A DNA stretch of 63,963 nt, filler included, from Atractiella rhizophila (GCA_021432655.1; 4 parts of 4 records of this genome joined end to end with filler, not necessarily neighbours in it); one strand, 5' to 3'; numbered from the whole stretch's first letter, positions 34,320-48,730 are shown. The notes: a model not told the origin generated them from the sequence alone. Translations and numbers: made by a program.

Positions 34320-36510
34320 TAAGGCGGAAATTGGCTTTGCTCTAGGCTAGAATATTGGACGAATAATGGTTTGAGGATTGCTTTTTGGCTTTGGTAATAT
34401 GCGTACGCTCCACCCCGATAAACACATTGAGTAGCTGAGACCACCAGCACCGCAGAGTTCACAGGCACTTTCCTAGCTCATTGTCATCTCCCTCCAAGCA
34501 AAATCGTAAAAATACGATTCCCTTGAGCTCGCACATTTCAGAAGGAGGGTGACACGCATTACAGCCAACCTTCGCACTACATCTCCGCTACAACCTGTCT
34601 CGAGTATTTGCGCCTTGCGCTTCGCCCAAAACCAACTGCAATCCTTCTCTCATTCTCAGCTTTGGGTAGGACTTGGGCCGTAAACTCGTCACAATGGCGC
34701 TATGCTACACCACCGAGTTGCCGTTAACCACTTCAGCCAGCAGGGAGCTTGGTCTCTGGTTTAGGAGGTATCTCCAAAGGTCTTCATTGATATCGACGTC
34801 GTACAAATCTCCAAGGAGCACCATTCTGACCTTTGCAATAGAGAGCAAGCAACAAAAAAACTTACCTTGCTGCCTCCCGATCTGTCCTTCAACAGCCTCA
34901 TTCGTGTCAATCTTCAAGTCGCTCATTATTCCTCTTCCTGTTTCGTAAAGTGGTTCGTTATATAGCAAATATGACCAGAATCAGGGCACTGGTCAATAAA
35001 AAGTTGATTTAGACAGTGTTGAAGTATAAGTCGGTTGAGCAGCAAAAAGGGTTGAAACGCGTTTCACAAGCTTGCGCAGGTGGTCGTTTGGCAGCGCATG
35101 TTGTCGCTGGCCACATCCCGCCTTGACATTGTTGAATCGTTTATGGATTCAAGCATTAGAGCTTCGTGACAGAAGGAAGTGAGGGCATGCCGGACTCGGA
35201 AAACCCCCGTTGGTCACATATCTACGATGTTGGTGGTGAGAAACGTAGAGGTCATGGTGAGCATTGAATATTGCAAACCCAACCTGTTCCATTTGATATT
35301 GGGAGTCAAAAGATATGAAATCAGACGAAATCGATCAAGTGAATGTGTTGATCGGTGTCTGTGATTTGTTATTGTTAGCACCTCCTGCAGAAGGATACAA
35401 GGGATACCTGTTCCCTCTGACAAACTTCAGTTCGATTATTTCTTAGATACAATTGCGTTTCCGCGTTTTTTTCTTATTCGGAGTTCAGAGGTATCGATTA
35501 ACCTCCAAACAGGCTTTGAGAGAACTGAATACATTCGAACGTGTCGTGAGTTTAGATATTTCTTACCTGTGATTCCACTTGAATGAGCATGCCATGATTA
35601 CAAGAGATAATGCTGTATCTTTGCCAGATGTTAACTGTCTAAATCCTTGCAGTGTTCCTTATCACACCGTCAGATGTGTGATCTTGCAAGGGATTGTGAC
35701 CATGCATTGTCCACATACTTGAACTTGTTTTGGGTCAATTCTGCAACGCGCCATATTCCGGGCTTGAACGTGGCCTGATTTTTCATCAACGAGCTCTGAT
35801 ACTGATGGCAGATGGCAGTGTCGCGAGCAATCGCGTGGTGAGAGATGTTCCAACGGCTCAGCCCTTTCTGTATGGATGCGACCGCGCCATCGATGAGCCC
35901 AACACCTGCTCATGCCACTTCCCCCTCTGTTCTCATGTGCTCTTACGCCTCTTGTGTTTCCTGCAGGCTTTTTACATGTGCAAATCTAGAAGTCTACAAC
36001 ATTCACAGCTGACCGATCTCAAAACCAGTGGAAAAACTGACTGCCTGATTACACTGAAGTTCACACTGTCAATATTTCGAAATGTTTACTACTGCCCCAT
36101 AGCTCTGCCACCCATGCATCTTTGCTGTCCTGGCGCAGGGCTCCACTGCTCGCCAGGCCCCGGACATGCGATCAGTCGGGCAGCGCCGAATCCTTGTATG
36201 GCATGATTAGGCACTTAATTAGGTGCGGGGGATGCCAGCTGAGCTGCATCGATAAGATTGATCACTCTGTTGGGACAAAAGGGCTTGGAAATAAACGATC
36301 CTCGTCGTCATGCGGGGGAGCTGTGTGGATCCGTCAATCCTAGTTAATCCCATCGATCTTCGGATGTTGTGGAAGAGCGCTTGGGAAGCTTTTGCAAGCA
36401 TCTGGATCATTGCGCTCCACAAGGTGGCCCACAAGCGCATGCACTATCTTTCCCAACGCGCATATACGTACGTGGGATGGAGCATGCCGAACGCGCGGGT
36501 GTTAATTTGG

Positions 36511-36517
36511 TATAAAA
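36511..36517 (+). promoter_or_regulatory. TATA box of the GH55 gene
   Basis: TATAAAA 73 nt upstream of ATG 36584. Confidence 0.55.
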
Positions 36518-36583
36518 GGATGGAAAAAGAAGAGAGAAGCCAGCTTTAGCCTATCGCAAAGCAAGCGGAAGCTGGAAGACGCA

Positions 36584-39500
36584 ATGTTGTCCTTTCTCTT
36601 AGCCGCACTCTCCCTCGTCCCTCTACTAGCATCCTCTTCGCCTGTCACCAGCTTCACGAACCTAACTGATTTTGGTAATATTCAACGAGTTGGGTCGAGC
36701 TGTAATGGTCAGACTCTATCGCCAACCAATCCAGCGACATACTGGTATCAGGATATCACTAAAAATGGAGTGTAAGTACCTCGTCTGTTTTTGGCTGGAG
36801 CTGAGGTTTGTTCTACGCAGTGCTCCGTTTGCTGGATCCGGATATGCAGTCTACAGGAATGTAAAAGATTTTGGAGCCAAGGGTGATGGAGTAACTGACG
36901 AGTTAGCGCTTCTCGTTCCAAGACAGCAAACTGCTGACCAAGTGCTAGTACCGCTGCCATCAACAACGCAATTTCTTCGGGTGGACGATGCGGAGCAAAT
37001 TGCCCGTCCACCACGAAGACGCCAGCGGTAGTCTACTTCCCGCCTGGTACATGGTCAAATTCCTATCCTGCTGATTTCTCACGCCACACCAGGTACCTAC
37101 CTTGTCAGCTCCCCAGTTATCCAATATTACATCACCCAGTTCCTCTCCGATCCTCGCAATCCAGCTACTATCAAGGCTACCGCCAACTTCAACTTCAATG
37201 GACTCGGTTTGGCAATTATTGAAACTGATCCGTGAGCCACCTTTTCATAAAGCGATGGAGCTGACGCTTGCACAGATACATCCCTGGTGGCGGTGGGGCA
37301 CAATGGGTTTGCTGATACTTACTTTCTGTCTGCCTATCACTGACAGAAATTTCGCCGTCTAGTATACCAACCAGAACCAAGTCAGCGATTGTCTTCACGG
37401 CTTAAAATGCTAATTCATCGGAATAGTTCTACAGGGGCATCCGAAACATGCGAATTGATATGACGGCCGTCCCTAACTCTGTAGGCAATGCTCGGTACGT
37501 TTTCTTGGCTATGATCCAACCTAGTCTCACTCTGGAACACGATATCAGAGCCTTGCACTGGCAGGTATGTGCTTCTCCTATCAATCTTCCGTCTTAGGGA
37601 TCTGTCATTAGGTTTCACAAGCAACACACCTTCAAAATATCGGTATGGCTGTCATTGTCTGAGCGACAATAAGATTGTGCTGAAGGTAGTTTGAAGAAAT
37701 CGTCATGACACAAGGAGCAACCAGTCACACAGGTCTTTGGTAGGTAGTTATCACCTGCACAGTTTCAAGGCTGACCAAAATGATGTTCAGGATGGAAAAC
37801 GGATCGTAAGCCCGTGACCTCGCCTCTGAGATGCTCTAAATGCCTCTGTAGAGGAGGATTCTTCTCAGATATCACAGTTCGAGGTGGGGGAAGAGCAATA
37901 GATATCGGCAACCAACAGTTTACGATCCGCAACCTTAAGGTCTGTGACTTGTTAGAAAGTCAAGAACGTTTGATCAATGAGGTTATTCAGGTCTATAACG
38001 CCGACATTGCTGTCTATGCTGTCTGGAATTGGGGATTCACCTGGATTGGTACAGTAATCGAGAACTGTAGAATCGGTTGGTATGTTCAAACTGGCTCTAC
38101 TCAAGCTGCACAGGTATTTTTCGCGCTTTACAAACCTGTTGCGTTCCTGATTTTTCAATGTACAGACGGTGCAGGGAGAATACTTCCTCGATACTACCGC
38201 CACCAATGTTGTAGTCCTCGTCCAGACTTCCACTGATATCACAGGAAATTCTGCTGGTTCCATCATCCTCGACAACGCTAAAGTATCCAACGTTCAATTC
38301 GCTGTTCAAGCTGTCAATGGAGTCACGGCTCTCCAAGGACCCGGTACAGGCACTATCGGTATGTATCCCTAGTTGAGGAGAGATACTAGCTGAGAGATAA
38401 TGTAGATCTGTGGGTGCGTGGACCCGGTTTTACTACCAACGGAGGTGCAGAGGGTTCCTATACCACCGGAGGACGAAGTCTCTCTCACTGGACCAAGCCT
38501 GCTTCGCTGCTCACCAGCTCTGGAGCAGTATTCGGCAGGTCTCGTCCTCAATATGAGCAATATTCTGCTTCTCGTACTTCCACCGTCACCGAATAGGAAC
38601 CTCGAACTGATGCTTCCTATAGAATTCTACAACGTAAAAAGTGCCGGAGCGACCGGAAACGGCAACACTGATGACACCGCCGCTATTCAAAATGCAATCA
38701 ACCAGAATTGGGGTTGCAAAATCATCTGTACGTTCTTTGACTGTTAGACAGTCCTTGGTAGCTGATAGCCAGGCAGATTTCCCTTATGGTATCTATCGGT
38801 AGGATATACAAATCCATTTGGGACATCTCTGATTCTATCGCAGCGTTTCTAACACTATTACGGTACCTACTGGAACAATCGTAAGCCTTGTTTCAAGCAT
38901 AGTATAATGCCAACACAGTTCATAGATTGTGGGAGAAGCTTGGCCTCAAATTCAGGCTTTTGGAAGCAACTTTGCCAATGCTGGCTCTCCTCGCGTGGTG
39001 TTCAAAGTGGGAAACACTGGAGACGTTGGCTCAGTTGAGATTAGCGGAATGGTTTTCAACACTGGTTAATTTTTTTTTCTGCAGCGTTCAAAGCTGATGA
39101 TCCCCGTCTAGTCGGAGGAAGTGCTGGTGCTATTATGCTCGAGTGGAATGTCGCCCAGAGCTCGCAGGGTAACTCAGTTCCCTTTTTATTCATGCACGTC
39201 TGATCCGGCTCTAGGTGCTACTGCCATCTGGGATTCCCACATTCGTATCGGTGGAACTCAAGGCACGAATTTGCAAACAGCTCAGTGCAGCACTTCTTCG
39301 ACCAACGCTGCTTGTTTTGGAGCTTTCTTGGGACTTCATATCAGGCCTGGCGCGTCTGGCTACTTTGAGGGCTTGTGGAACTGGGTTGCAGATCATGATC
39401 TGGAAGTGGCCTGTCAGTCCTTCTCTTGCATCATGATCCCAAAATTTACAAGAGATATCATTAGCCCAAGGTCAAATGAATGTGTTGGCACCTCGAGGAC

Positions 39501-40173
39501 TTCTCGACGAGTCGACGGGTCCTGTATGGCTAATGGGCACTGGTTCTGAACACTGGGGTCTCTATCAGTACAACTTTAAGGGTATCCTTTCTTCACTTCA
39601 CAGGCTGAATCTCGCGCTAACTCATTTCAGGCGCACAAAATGTTTTTGCAGGCCTGATCCAGGTGAGACCTTGTCACTTCATATCGTTCTAGTGCTAAAA
39701 TACACGCCAGACGGAGTCTGCTTACTATCAACCGACGCCTGCTCCAAGCTTCTATCCCGCAAATTCAGCGTATGGTGACCCAACCTCGTATCCTGGTGAC
39801 TACGGCTGGGCCACTCTCATCCAGAACAGCGCGCATATTTGGATCGCAGGTGCCGGACAATATAATTTGTTCGTTGCCTGTTGACATTACTGAATGATTC
39901 TGATGCTGGTCACTTTGAAGCTTCCAACACTACACCCAAAGCTGCCTTGATACCTCGAGCTGTCAACCGGACGTGATATCCGTCGACTCTGCCAGCAGCG
40001 ACGTCAGAATTTATCAACTTCAAACTGGTCCGTATGATTTTTGTCTTTTGGCAACCGCTAATTGTTTCACAGTCGGATCCTCCAATATGGTCAAATACAA
40101 CGGCCAGTCCCTCATTGGGGCCACCAACTATCGCACTGGATTTACCAGCTCCATCACCTATTGGAAGAAGTAA
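36584..40173 (+). CDS. Secreted GH55 exo-beta-1,3-glucanase (two beta-helix domains), very intron-rich
   Basis: Signal peptide, 'YRNVKDFGAKGDGVTD', 'VYFPPGTY', 'NQNQFYR', 'LHWQVSQAT', 'GNQQFT', 'WNWGFTW', second repeat 'NVKSAGATGNGNTDDT', 'WDSHIRIGG', 'WVADHDL', 'GTGSEH', 'IQTESAYYQP'. Confidence 0.95.
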
Positions 40174-41139
40174 ACCCATCCCGAACTCCGAACTCGATGA
40201 AACGTTTTAGCTCATGCATGGCTTGTTGTATACCCAACTTGTTTAAAATTGCTAAATCACCTTGGAAAACAATTGTTCAGAATACCAATCAGAGTGTCGT
40301 GTATCTGGCTATCACGGAATTACATAGCCAATGAGACAATGGGCTTGTCGCGCTGGAAGTCTACTGGTATTCGATGGCAACGTAATAGCAGGACTCGAGC
40401 AGCATTTTTAAGTAGCTCTGAATTCCATCAAGGAGACTCGTCATAGCTTGTCGTGAATGCGTGAACCCTTTGAAAAGAAATACATCAACCTGAAGGATCG
40501 TTAACCAATCTTCATCAAATCGAAGTATTCTCAATCTTTCAAGTTGCTTCACAATTCACCATTTCGATGCTGAACGCCACAAAAGAAAATGATATTAACG
40601 ACTATTACGCATAATGCCCTCCAACATGTAGACCAAAGCAAACGGTAGGCCGAAAAGGTCATCAACAAGGAGGTTTTCTAAGGAAAGGTATATGTACGAC
40701 GAAGTAACCAAAGTCTGCTTCACCATGTAAACCCTCCTTTGAGGGACGGTTGCTGGACCTACTGAGATGGGTCAGCTTTACCATTGCGGATTGGGAATGG
40801 AGGACAGACATAGTGAGAATGAAGGCAGCTACGCAGGTGAACAGAAAACGATTCAACTCGGTGTCTGGGTTGAAGCAGTTTCTTCCTTCTCTTTGTCCCT
40901 TACTAGCGCTCTATACTGCTCACTATCATCACAAACACCAATCAACAACACATCCTAAATATGGGAGTTGAAATAAATAAGACACACCTCTCACCCGCCT
41001 TCTCCAACGCCAGCCTCGCCATCTCCATCTCATACTTGGCCTGTTTTCCCCATCCGCCGCCTTTAACCTTTAACTCCTCCTTCTCCCACTCCTCGATCGC
41101 CTCTTTACTCCTCTCCACGCTCCTCAACTCCTCTTTCCA

Positions 41140-41239
41140 NNNNNNNNNNNNNNNNNNNNNNNNNNNNNNNNNNNNNNNNNNNNTTAATTAATTAANNNNN
41201 NNNNNNNNNNNNNNNNNNNNNNNNNNNNNNNNNNNNNNN
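41140..41239. other. Artificial contig spacer
   Basis: N44-TTAATTAATTAA-N44. Confidence 0.98.
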
Positions 41240-42037
41240 AAAACCCGGAAGCACGATAGTAGATGTAGGAGGAGGTACGTGAACGTGTTTTAGTTTTCTT
41301 CGATTTGACAACAAGTAGGTATCGGCACCCAAACGCTGATCGTTTTAAAGTCTTTCCCGCAGCTTCATGGCGTTGTTCAGGACCTTCCTGCAGTCATTGA
41401 AAACTCTGCCAACAAGTACTGGGAGGCGGAAGCTCCAGAGATTCTTCGAAACAAACGTGTAACGCTCGTAAGCTCCTTTTGCTCGATGAACTTATCACTG
41501 ACAACGGCCTAGATGTCTCATGATTTCACTCAGCCGCAACCAATTGCCAACGCGTCGGTATACTTTTTTCGTGCAGTCTTACACGACTGGAGCGAAAGGA
41601 CGTGTCTTAATATCCTGTCTGCTCTGAAGGGTGCAATGGGCCCAGATTCAAAAGTGTTCGTGATGGAACAATTTCACCAGTATGCCTGTCCTCAAGAGAA
41701 ACTACCATCGATGGGCGAAGCGTACAAGCCTCCTTCCTTTGATAACAGTCTTCTTCTTCCTCCTTCAGCAACGACAACTATTTCGCACCTAGTAGACGCT
41801 CAGATGCTTACCTACAGCGTAGCTCTTTTCAAATCTTTCTAATTTCAATATCTGATGCATGTCGAACAGACCGGTTGCGAGCGAGACCCAAGTCAGTTTG
41901 CTGATTTGTTCGATCAAGGAGGTTTTAAGGTCGAACGGTGGGCATATCCTTTCCTTCCTTGTCTCTTACTGACAAGTGACTGAAGGATTGCGCTTCAAGG
42001 CATGTGGACTTTCTACGTCGCTTCTCTGAAGATTTAA
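41240..42037 (+). CDS. SAM-dependent O-methyltransferase (family 2), C-terminal part; 5' end lost in the gap
   Basis: 'IVDVGGG-IG', 'VVQDLPAVI', 'HDFTQPQP...VYFFRAVLHDWS', 'GCER..QFADLF..GGF'. Confidence 0.88.
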
Positions 42038-42281
42038 GGGCGGTGGGCTCTGCCCACAACCGCAGCCTGTGCTCAGATACGGTATATCGACAGAGTGGTG
42101 ATGAAGATTAAGTAGAAAGGTTTGTGAGAGAGGGTGGGAGAGCTCCAATTCAGCAAGGACAATCAAGAAATACTACAAATGGTCATGTAAATTCATCGAA
42201 TCAATGAAACAACATAAAATCACACAAGAAAGGAGAGCCAAACCCTAATCAAGGAGACAAACTCATAAACATCAAGGCAGG

Positions 42282-45200
42282 TCAGCCGCTCATGCCTTCC
42301 GCTCCGCCAATCCCCAGTACTTCCCACCCACCACCCATATCCCTCCATGCTTCCAACAGCCCCGTTGGAGGGAGCGCCTCCATCCCTGTCATACTCCCAA
42401 GTCCAGCATAACCACCAAACTTAGCCTGCTGCCACCCCATCCCAGTGTCATGCTCATCGGTCGTGAACCCCAAATTGGCCAATATGTCTGTAGGTCTCCA
42501 CTGAGCTGAATCAAAGAGACCGACAAGATCCCCGGTCATTGATGAATTTGAGGCTTGGTGAGAGTTTGGGTTGGAGGATGAGGAAGCGTTAGGATTAGCA
42601 TGCGTGTGGGTGGAAGTGGAAGGATTTGGAAGGGAGGTGTCACTCAGAGGCGTTATGACGCTCATTGGGGTGTCGAGCAGATGACGCTGAGCTTTGAGTG
42701 GAAAAGATGAGGAAGCGATGGGAGACTGTTGCGCTACCACAGGTCTTGATCCTGTCGGGTTGAAATTAGAAAGTGCTGAATTCGAAATGGTGATCGAGAG
42801 TGGAGTCTGGATGCTGTCTGGTGGAAGCGGTTGCGCGACGTAAAGGTTACCGATATCCATAGGAACAATCGCAGTGCGGTGAATGGCTCCCCTCTGTTCT
42901 TGTGGAGAAAGAGAGAAAGAAAGTGGGTGCATCCTGGCGAGCGGGAGAACCCCTTGAAGTTCAGCATGGTAGGACAGCAGCAGGTTCCTCTGTTCATTTG
43001 TGAGGAGAGGGAAGGAGAAAAAGGCGCCGAGAACGCTGTGAATGAGAGGAGAGGAGAGGTAAAAGGTGTAGTTTTCCCGGTAATGCCTCAAGAGGTCCAA
43101 GTTGGGAATGTATCTATATCGATTCGTCATGAACAACTCAAGAAATAGCCAACGGAGAAGCGAACCTCTCGGCCTCTGCCAGTCGACTACGCATGCGTGA
43201 CACCTCCGCCAACAGCTCTGTTTCAGCAACATGTCTTGCCACTCTAATTCCCACTCGCATACCAGAGCTTGCTGAAACTGGAGCTCCTCCTCCCATTCCC
43301 ATCAATTCGCGACACCAACCCACTCTCTCCTTCCACGAACTGAACATGCAACTCCTCACTGGAGTTCCTCCCATTCCTCCTCCCACCACCGAGGGCGTCG
43401 ACCCAAAGACTGCATGCAGTTCCTCCGTTGGCCGTTCCATACGCCACATGTCCCACTCCTCATCCCCCTCTCGCAACTTCCGGCCTAAATAATCAGGCCA
43501 CGTGAAAGGTAGGGGGGATCTTGTAGCGTCGCTGTTTGACAGCAACACCATAACTTGGAGTACGAAGGCGCACTCCATCGCGCGCTCCTTCTCCTCTGAC
43601 TCAAAGTCCGCCAACAAGACGATCGCAATACGGGACCATCGCAAAGAGAGGTCGAGATGACCACCCAATAATTCGGCATAGCCGAGTAATAGGAAGCTCT
43701 GTGCCATCTCCACTTTTTGTGCTTCTTTGTCTCCTGCCCAAGCAGTCAGCAGCGACCGTACCACCTCCGACCTTGCCCGCTCTAACCATCCTCCAGTTAA
43801 ACTCCGCCTCTCCTCTTGTGGCAGATACGGCACCACGCACGCTTCAAGTGCAGCAAACAGCGGGAGATTCTCGGAAGAGGAGGTCGACGGTTGGGACCAG
43901 ACGCGACGGAGGAGTTGCGGTTTGGAGAGCAGCGGGAAGGAAGGGTGAACGAGGGCAAAATAAGGATCAAGCAGTTGGGTTATTCGACTCCCTCTTTCTG
44001 TTGCAGCGGACGAGGTTGGTTCTCCTGTGGCGGTCGCATAGGAAGTGGAAGCATGCGATGACGGCACAATTTGGCTGTATTCGGCAATCCCCTTGAACTA
44101 TTAGCCAATAGAGTGGCGGATAAAGAAGGAAGGAACTTGCCGCTCTTCCTTGATAGGTGCCAACGGTGTATGTAGTCCTTGAACTCGGTTCATCCCTTGG
44201 ATTCCTCCAGGTTGAGGTGGGTGCTGGTGAAGCGGAGGATGAGGAGAGGCGAATGTCAAACCGAGCTGATTTCCTGCATCGTTCCAATCCATGCCCATAC
44301 CCGTCAGGTATTCTGAAGCTCCTTCTTCCCCTCTCCCATGTCCATTCTCAAGCACGGGACCTGCAAAATGAGATTGCTCGAAACCCGGACTCCGCCTCAA
44401 AGAGGAAGCAAGGCTTCCTCCCGCTCCACGGCGAGGAAGATCGACAAGCAGCCGCGCTGCCCGTACGGTCGGCGTGTTGTCCATCCCTTCATCTGGTTCC
44501 GCTTTCGTCTCATCCTCTGCAGGCTCCCCGGGAGGGGACGTGAGTTCTTCAAGGAATCGTGGGAGGGGAGAGGCTGAGAATGTTGATTTGATTTGGTCCC
44601 AGGATTCGGGTTGGAAAGAGGTGTGGGAGGCGAGAAATGTGTGTAGGAGGGAGGTGGGGGAGGAGGATTGGTTGACTGGGAGGAGGAGGTAGCCCTGTTT
44701 TCCATTTCAGTGCTTACAATGAGAGAGGAGGAGTGAAGGCGCGATCATCGACGCACCAACAAACGTTCCAATGTGACAGCCCGATCACCCAGCACTTTCG
44801 CCTGCCCAGCTGGCGGTCCCCTCTTCCGACTCGGACGTGCAAAGGTACAGGAATCGCCTGAGCCGGAGCTGAGACAGACGGAACAGGGACGGTCCGTTGA
44901 CGTTGCGTCGCACTGTAGAAAATGACGGTAAGTTGAAGCGCCCAAACGGGAACCAGAAGCAATAGTGAATTTCTACTACCACATATATTCTTGAGACATC
45001 TTCAGATAATACAGACAATGGAAAATAGTTGTTTCTACACTGCGCTGACTTGCAATATTTTTATTGCAAGCCAATAGTAGAAAGGAAACCAGGGGGTGCG
45101 CATGAACATCTTTGATATTAATGCAAAAACATTCCTCTAGGACGAGGTGTTGATAGTGGCATGGACAAAGTAGAATTAAAACTTGGGCAGAGCATGGTTG

Positions 45201-45693
45201 AGACACTGCGTTCATGAGCAAACGATCAACCAGTGGAATCAGGAAGAGCTCATGAGGAAGAGCTTGTCAAGCGGAAATCATTGAAAAGAGAATTTCATGA
45301 CGAGCAAGTGACTCCACGAAGAGACTCATCTCATGTAGGAAGCGAAAAAGGTATATGCTGTGATGCCAATCATAAATCATGCTAGCGGAGTGCATGTTCA
45401 GGGAACAGAGGCATTTTGATTATGGTCGATGGTGATTTATTGTCTTCTCCGCATTATTCCAAAAGGCTAGGTCCCAAGTTGCTTAAAGCAGAACGGCAGA
45501 AACAGTCCTTACGAGACTGCTCACTTTGACTCTTTTTCGTCCTGTAGAATTTAACTGATCAGCAAAGGACAAGTCATAGCATGACAGGGAGGGACTTACG
45601 ACAAGGGTCACAGGCTTTGCTTACCCTCCTTTTCTTCTCCTTCTGGGCTGATCCTGACGCCGCTGATGCTGAGGACGCTGCAGATGGTGTCAT
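42282..45693 (-). CDS. Zn(II)2Cys6 transcription factor with fungal-specific TF domain
   Basis: Exons 45693-45600, 45541-45525 and 44912 onward give 'KRRVSKACDPCRRKRVKCDATSTDRPCSVCLSSGSGDSCTF..SRKRGPP'. Later 'LLDPYFALVHPSFPLL'. Confidence 0.92.
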
Positions 45694-46038
45694 CCCGTAA
45701 CTGGCGCAAGTAGATTATCCGAAGTCTGGGGGAGGTAAATGATCTTCCTTCCACGCTGTAAATATTTAAATTGCAAAATGCGACATATCTGCTACTCACC
45801 AACAGCCTTCTTTATGTGTGTTATGTGTATTTGTGCCTGACAATAATACCACTAGCAGTGTTTGCACGGAGGTTGAGGAGGAGCAGAGAGCATAGATGCA
45901 GGTAGGAAGTGGTGGGGAGATAGTTCTTCCTCCATTCATGACTCATTAATTCCTAGAAAAGTGGCAACCAGGCTATCTATCAACTTTATATCCTCCTTCA
46001 CATAATAGTACGCAAGACGTCATCTCGTAGCCCAAACG

Positions 46039-48730
46039 ATGTCCCAATGGACGACACACACCTCCGCTGACGGCAGGACGTACTGGCACAACACCCAGAC
46101 ACAGGCCTCAGTATGGGAAAAGCCAGATGAGCTCAAGACTGAGGCGGACAAGGCGCTGGGGAAGACTGGTTGGAAGGAGTACGATACGAATGGGAAGAAG
46201 TATTGGTACCACAAGGAGAAAGGGGCAACTACATGGGAGATGCCTGATGAAGTCAAGAGTCCGTCTTTTTCTCATTTCGTTTCATTCAGGGTGGCACTTT
46301 CTATCCATCCGTGGCAAGGGGCTGATGAATGGTGTGTTGTGGGACTATAGAAGCACTAGAAGATGCTGGTTCCCTGCCTACCTTACCTCCCGTGTCCACC
46401 CCACTCCTCCTGCCCGGTCCAAACCTCGCAGCCGCCCTCCCAGCGCGTCCACTCGTCAGCACCACCGCACTCCCAGGTGGCGGACCAGGCGCGGTTGTTC
46501 CCTCCTTCAACACCTTGGCAGAAGCAGAGAAAGCTTTTTTTGGTCTCCTCCGCACGGTCGGTGTGACGGTGGACCATACGTGGGAGCAGACGATGAAGCT
46601 GATCATCACCGATCCTTTGTACAAAGCTCTGCCAACGCTTTCGGATAGGAAGAATGCCTGGGCCAAGTACATTGAGGAATTGAAGGCGGCGAAGAAGAGT
46701 GAGAGGGAAAAGAATTTGGAGAGGTGTAGACCGGCTTGGAAGGCTGAGTTTGAGAGGTTGGAGAGGGAGGAGAGGGAGTTGTTGAGCGGTGGAGGGGAGG
46801 ATAGTCTGTTGTTGAGGGGTGGAGAGGGGAATAAGGGAGCTGTGAAGGGATGGTGGACTTGGGAGGGGTTGGGAAAGCAGCAGCTAGAGAAGAGGATGCG
46901 AGAGGAGGTCTGGAAGATGGCGAGGGACGATGGGGAGAGGATACAGCTTTTCAATGAGCACACGGCGATGTTGAAGGATCAGGAAGTGACCAGACTGAAA
47001 GAGACGAGGACAAACAATATGGCCAAACTCACAAACCTCTTCAAGTCCCTCAACATCGATCTCCTCTCCCTCCGATGGCGCGACGCCCAACAAACCGTTG
47101 TCCGCACCGAAGAGTGGAAGGAGGATGCCACGCTGAGAAGCATAGAGGACATCGACTTCCTCATTACCTTCGAGGACGCGGTTAAAGATGCGGAGCGCGC
47201 GGCGAATGAAGGGAGGCAGAAGGCGAAAGATGAGAAGAAGAGGAGGGCGAGAAAGAATCGAGAGGCTTTCCTCGAACTGCTTGCCGAGTTGAAGGAGAAG
47301 GGAAAGCTCAAGGCAAGGGCGAGGTGGAGCGATGTCTACAGGGATATAGAGGAGGATATCAGGTACGAGAATATGTTGGGAAATCCAGGCAGTACACCGT
47401 TGGAGTTGTTCTTTGATGCTGTCGATGAGTGTGATGCGATCGTGGAGAAGAATCAGTCTATCGTCGAGGGTATATTTGCTGAGATGGACCATGGAGCTGG
47501 AGCCTCGAAGGAGGGTGGTGAAGGCATGGAGGTGGACGGCGAGGAGAAGAAAGCGGATGGAGAGGGAGACACGCAAAAGAAGGGTTTCCAAGTGAGAGAG
47601 GAGACGACCTGGGAGGATTTCTTTTCTGTACTCGGACAAGATGACAGGATCAAATCTATGTCGGAATCCGACCTCAGAGACGTCTACACGAACGTATGTG
47701 TGACCTTCCTATCTTTGATTGCATTGATGATTGGGATGAAACGTAGATGCACGAAGAGGCGGTTCACATTGCGCGTGAGAATAGGAGGAAGGCGGAAAAG
47801 AGACTGAGGAATCAGATTGAGGATTTGAGGTACGCTTTGAGGAAAAGCGAGCCGGCTTTCACTCTCGATATGTCCTTTCAAGACGTCCGTATTCTCTCTT
47901 CCTATCTTACTATCTTAGCTGACATCAATTGATTGTTGACATCCATTGACAGGCTGTCCCACTCATGGAAACCATACCAGAATATGTGGCACTGACAAAC
48001 ATGGAAGGGAGGAAGGAAGCTTTCGAGAAACATATGAAAAGACTCAAGGTACGTCTTTCATGTCTTTACTACTACTACTCCATTCTAAAGGGTTGGACCT
48101 GCAGGAGAAACAGCGTGAGAAGGAGAGGGAAGCAGAGCGAAAGCGCGAAAAGGAGCATGTGTCCGATACCGACTCAGCCCACACGTCTACTAGGAAGCGT
48201 CGACGCTCTGTGGAGAGGAGCCCGGAGAAGGAGAAGGACAGAACATCGAAGAAGGAGAAAGAAAGGGATAGGAAATATAGAGAGAAGGATAGGGATGGGG
48301 ATGTGGAGATGGGGGATGGAGAGAAGAAGGAGAGGAGCTCGAGACGCGATTCTCATGCCCATGCGAGAGATAGGGATAGGGATTATGACGATGAGAAGAA
48401 GCATAGGAGTTCGCGGACCCATCGGGAGAAGGAAAAGGATGAGAAGAGAGAGAGGGATTCTCATCGAGATCGCGACCGGGAAAGAGATAGGGAAAGAGAT
48501 AGGGATAGGGATAGGGATAGGGATGGACATCGTGATAAAGACCGAAGGTCGTCGCGAAGGGACGAGAAGGAAGACGAGGAGCGAAAGAAGAGGAAGGAGA
48601 GCGATGGGAGGGTCAGAGACGATAGACCATCGAAGGTTCGTTCTGCTTTTCATTCATCTGTCCATGCCCTGATGATGCATGGATGCAGCGTGTGAAAGAG
48701 GACAGCGATTTGGAGGAAGGGGAGATTTAG
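46039..48730 (+). CDS. PRP40: U1 snRNP-associated splicing factor Prp40 (2 WW + FF domains, RD/RE-rich tail)
   Basis: '[15 protein letters not shown]...SVWEKP', '[14 protein letters not shown]...TTWEMP', FF repeats, '[15 protein letters not shown]', C-terminal 'DLEEGEI*'. Confidence 0.95.

Noticed and set aside
41240..45693. O-methyltransferase plus Zn2Cys6 factor as a secondary-metabolite cluster
   Set aside because: No backbone enzyme is visible, the contig ends at the gap, and the other side is housekeeping genes.
48366..48530. GATAGG hexamer repeats and antisense IPIPIP ORF
   Set aside because: These encode the ordinary RD-rich tail of Prp40. The antisense and alternate-frame ORFs are shadows.
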